Source: a virus (Duplodnaviria; Heunggongvirae; Uroviricota; Caudoviricetes). From it: a DNA stretch of 64,000 bases. A model generated the notes under the pieces. The model saw nothing but the letters and a program-made list of their open reading frames with translations. It had not been told where the DNA came from and searched no databases. The translations under genes and the position numbers were made by a program. Location: IMG/VR virus record IMGVR_UViG_3300028888_001839, positions 121,001-185,000 of that record; one strand, given 5' to 3'. Shown here one piece after another: positions 62,891 through 64,000 of the stretch; position 1 is the first letter of the stretch, and every line of letters begins with the position of its first letter.

Positions 62891-63538
62891 TTGAGTGACA
62901 TCGTGCAATACGACCTCTTCGGGAATCCGATAGAGGATAAGCCCAAAAAGGACTGGAGTGGCGACACACATTCCGTGTTCGTAACTGTTGGAGCTTCCAA
63001 CCATAGCAAGGGCGAACGGCAAAACGAAGACTTCTATGCTTCACACCCGGAGGCCGGCGAATGGCTAATGCGATTGGAGAAGTTCGATGGGCCGATATGG
63101 GAACCTTGTTGTGGGCAAGGGCACCTGTCGAAAGTTTTTGAATCGCATGGATATGATGTGAAGTCGACCGACCTTATTGATAGAGGATATGGGCAAGGAG
63201 GAGTAAACTTCCTATCACCTAGTATCACGGAATGGAATGGAGCTATCGTTACGAATCCTCCATTTGCATTTGCACAGGAGATTATAGAGAAAGCCCTATC
63301 CATAATTCCTGAAGGGCAGAAGGTTGCGATGTTCCTTCGTACGCTTTTCCTAGAAGGGCAGGCAAGGCGAAAACTATTTGATGCGAATCCGCCAAAGAGG
63401 GTATGGGTGACAAGCAAGCGGATCATCTGCGCGAAGAATGGAGACTTCGACAACAATACAGGCGGTGCGCAAAGTTACTCTTGGTTTATTTTCGAGAAGG
63501 GATACAAAGGGGACACGATACTTAAGTGGTTCAACTGA
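62891..63538 (+). CDS. DNA adenine methyltransferase (NPPF type)
   Basis: DFY.S, IWEPCCGQG, DL.DRGYG, IVTNPPF. Confidence 0.9.
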   Translation: MSDIVQYDLFGNPIEDKPKKDWSGDTHSVFVTVGASNHSKGERQNEDFYASHPEAGEWLMRLEKFDGPIWEPCCGQGHLSKVFESHGYDVKSTDLIDRGYGQGGVNFLSPSITEWNGAIVTNPPFAFAQEIIEKALSIIPEGQKVAMFLRTLFLEGQARRKLFDANPPKRVWVTSKRIICAKNGDFDNNTGGAQSYSWFIFEKGYKGDTILKWFN

Positions 63539-63551
63539 AAGGAAGATTCAA

Positions 63552-63755
63552 ATGGTTAAACACATCTACATCTGCGACGTATGCGGGAAAGAGGGGCTAG
63601 GGAGAGACATACAGAAATTAAGTCCGTCTTTAGGATACCCTCCCGCAGCCCAAATTGACATCTGCCCAGATTGCCTTAAGGAAATAGATCAAGAAATCAA
63701 ACAAGTGATAAGCAGATTGAGAATAGAAAACAAGATAAACATTGATGATTTATGA
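63552..63755 (+). CDS. small zinc-binding protein
   Basis: CDVC...CPDC. Confidence 0.6.
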   Translation: MVKHIYICDVCGKEGLGRDIQKLSPSLGYPPAAQIDICPDCLKEIDQEIKQVISRLRIENKINIDDL

Positions 63756-63774
63756 GATGAGGAGGAATAGAAAA

Positions 63775-64000
63775 ATGGCTAACGACACTCACGGTGAGAG
63801 CGGAATCAAGTGGACTGGTTTTGACTTAGACGGAACTCTAGCCGAATATGATGGATGGCATGGGATTGATCACATCGGAAAGCCGATAAAGCCGATGTGC
63901 GATTTAATGAAGAAGATTCGTGAAGAGGGTACGAAGGTAAAGATTTTAACTGCTAGGGTAGCACCGCGAAAAGATGGCTCTAATGCAGAAGATGCTCGAA
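63775..64000 (+). CDS. HAD phosphatase, partial; paralog of 9385-9873
   Basis: GFDLDGTLA...IGKPIK.M...KVKILTAR; runs off the window. Confidence 0.8.
   Translation, partial: MANDTHGESGIKWTGFDLDGTLAEYDGWHGIDHIGKPIKPMCDLMKKIREEGTKVKILTARVAPRKDGSNAEDAR

Noticed and set aside
934-63456. Many long minus-strand and off-frame ORFs in the six-frame track (e.g. 2941-3489, 13238-14074, 35735-36532, 44548-45297)
   Set aside because: They are shadows of + strand genes: Ser/Phe/Leu-rich, without motifs, SD or promoter. Only the three HNH ORFs have recognisable motifs.
1-64000. Genome-wide TAG recoding (genetic code 15), suggested by the in-frame TAGs at 4262 and 42769
   Set aside because: TAG ends many clearly complete genes (clpX, KpsC fusion, C5 methyltransferase, Mu gpF-like, phosphoesterase). 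Coding density is already high under code 11, and none of the 24 tRNAs has a CTA anticodon.
1-64000. CRISPR array or mini-array
   Set aside because: No regularly spaced identical direct repeats were seen. The recurring motifs are promoters, tRNA ends and protein-level repeats.
1-64000. Assignment to a named phage clade or host
   Set aside because: SD usage and sigma70-type promoters argue against a Bacteroidota host, but nothing in the sequence alone identifies the clade or host.

Overview
This window looks like 64 kb of a large tailed bacteriophage genome. Almost all protein genes lie on the + strand, under standard genetic code 11. They are driven by a recurring sigma70-like promoter (TTGAAA/TTTACA, 17-18 bp spacer, TGnTATAAT) followed by A/C-rich leaders. 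Phage markers are a PBSX-type terminase large subunit and a Mu gpF-like head protein. The host is probably a diderm that uses Shine-Dalgarno sites (lipoproteins, beta-barrel and KpsC-like genes are present), but it cannot be named. Contents in order: (1) giant acidic proteins, probably capsid-packaged, one with kinase-like and ADP-ribosyltransferase-like domains, followed by a HAD phosphatase, an ADP-ribosylglycohydrolase and a metallophosphoesterase; (2) a TnpB-only IS200/IS605 element; (3) TerL with an intein whose interior is a complete antisense HNH gene with its own promoter and RBS; (4) IF-1; (5) a minus-strand array of 24 tRNAs with two HNH genes and several non-tRNA structured RNAs, one of which is a 212-nt RNA resembling the L11-binding GTPase-associated region of 23S rRNA; (6) ClpX with an intein; (7) a GT25-KpsC fusion; (8) RNA repair and modification genes (Thg1-like, RtcB, RlmN-like); (9) a circularly permuted C5 DNA methyltransferase followed by mini-genes built from its repeat unit; (10) an ATPase-only second TerL. 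All family assignments come from motifs recognised by eye. No database searches or folding programs were run.
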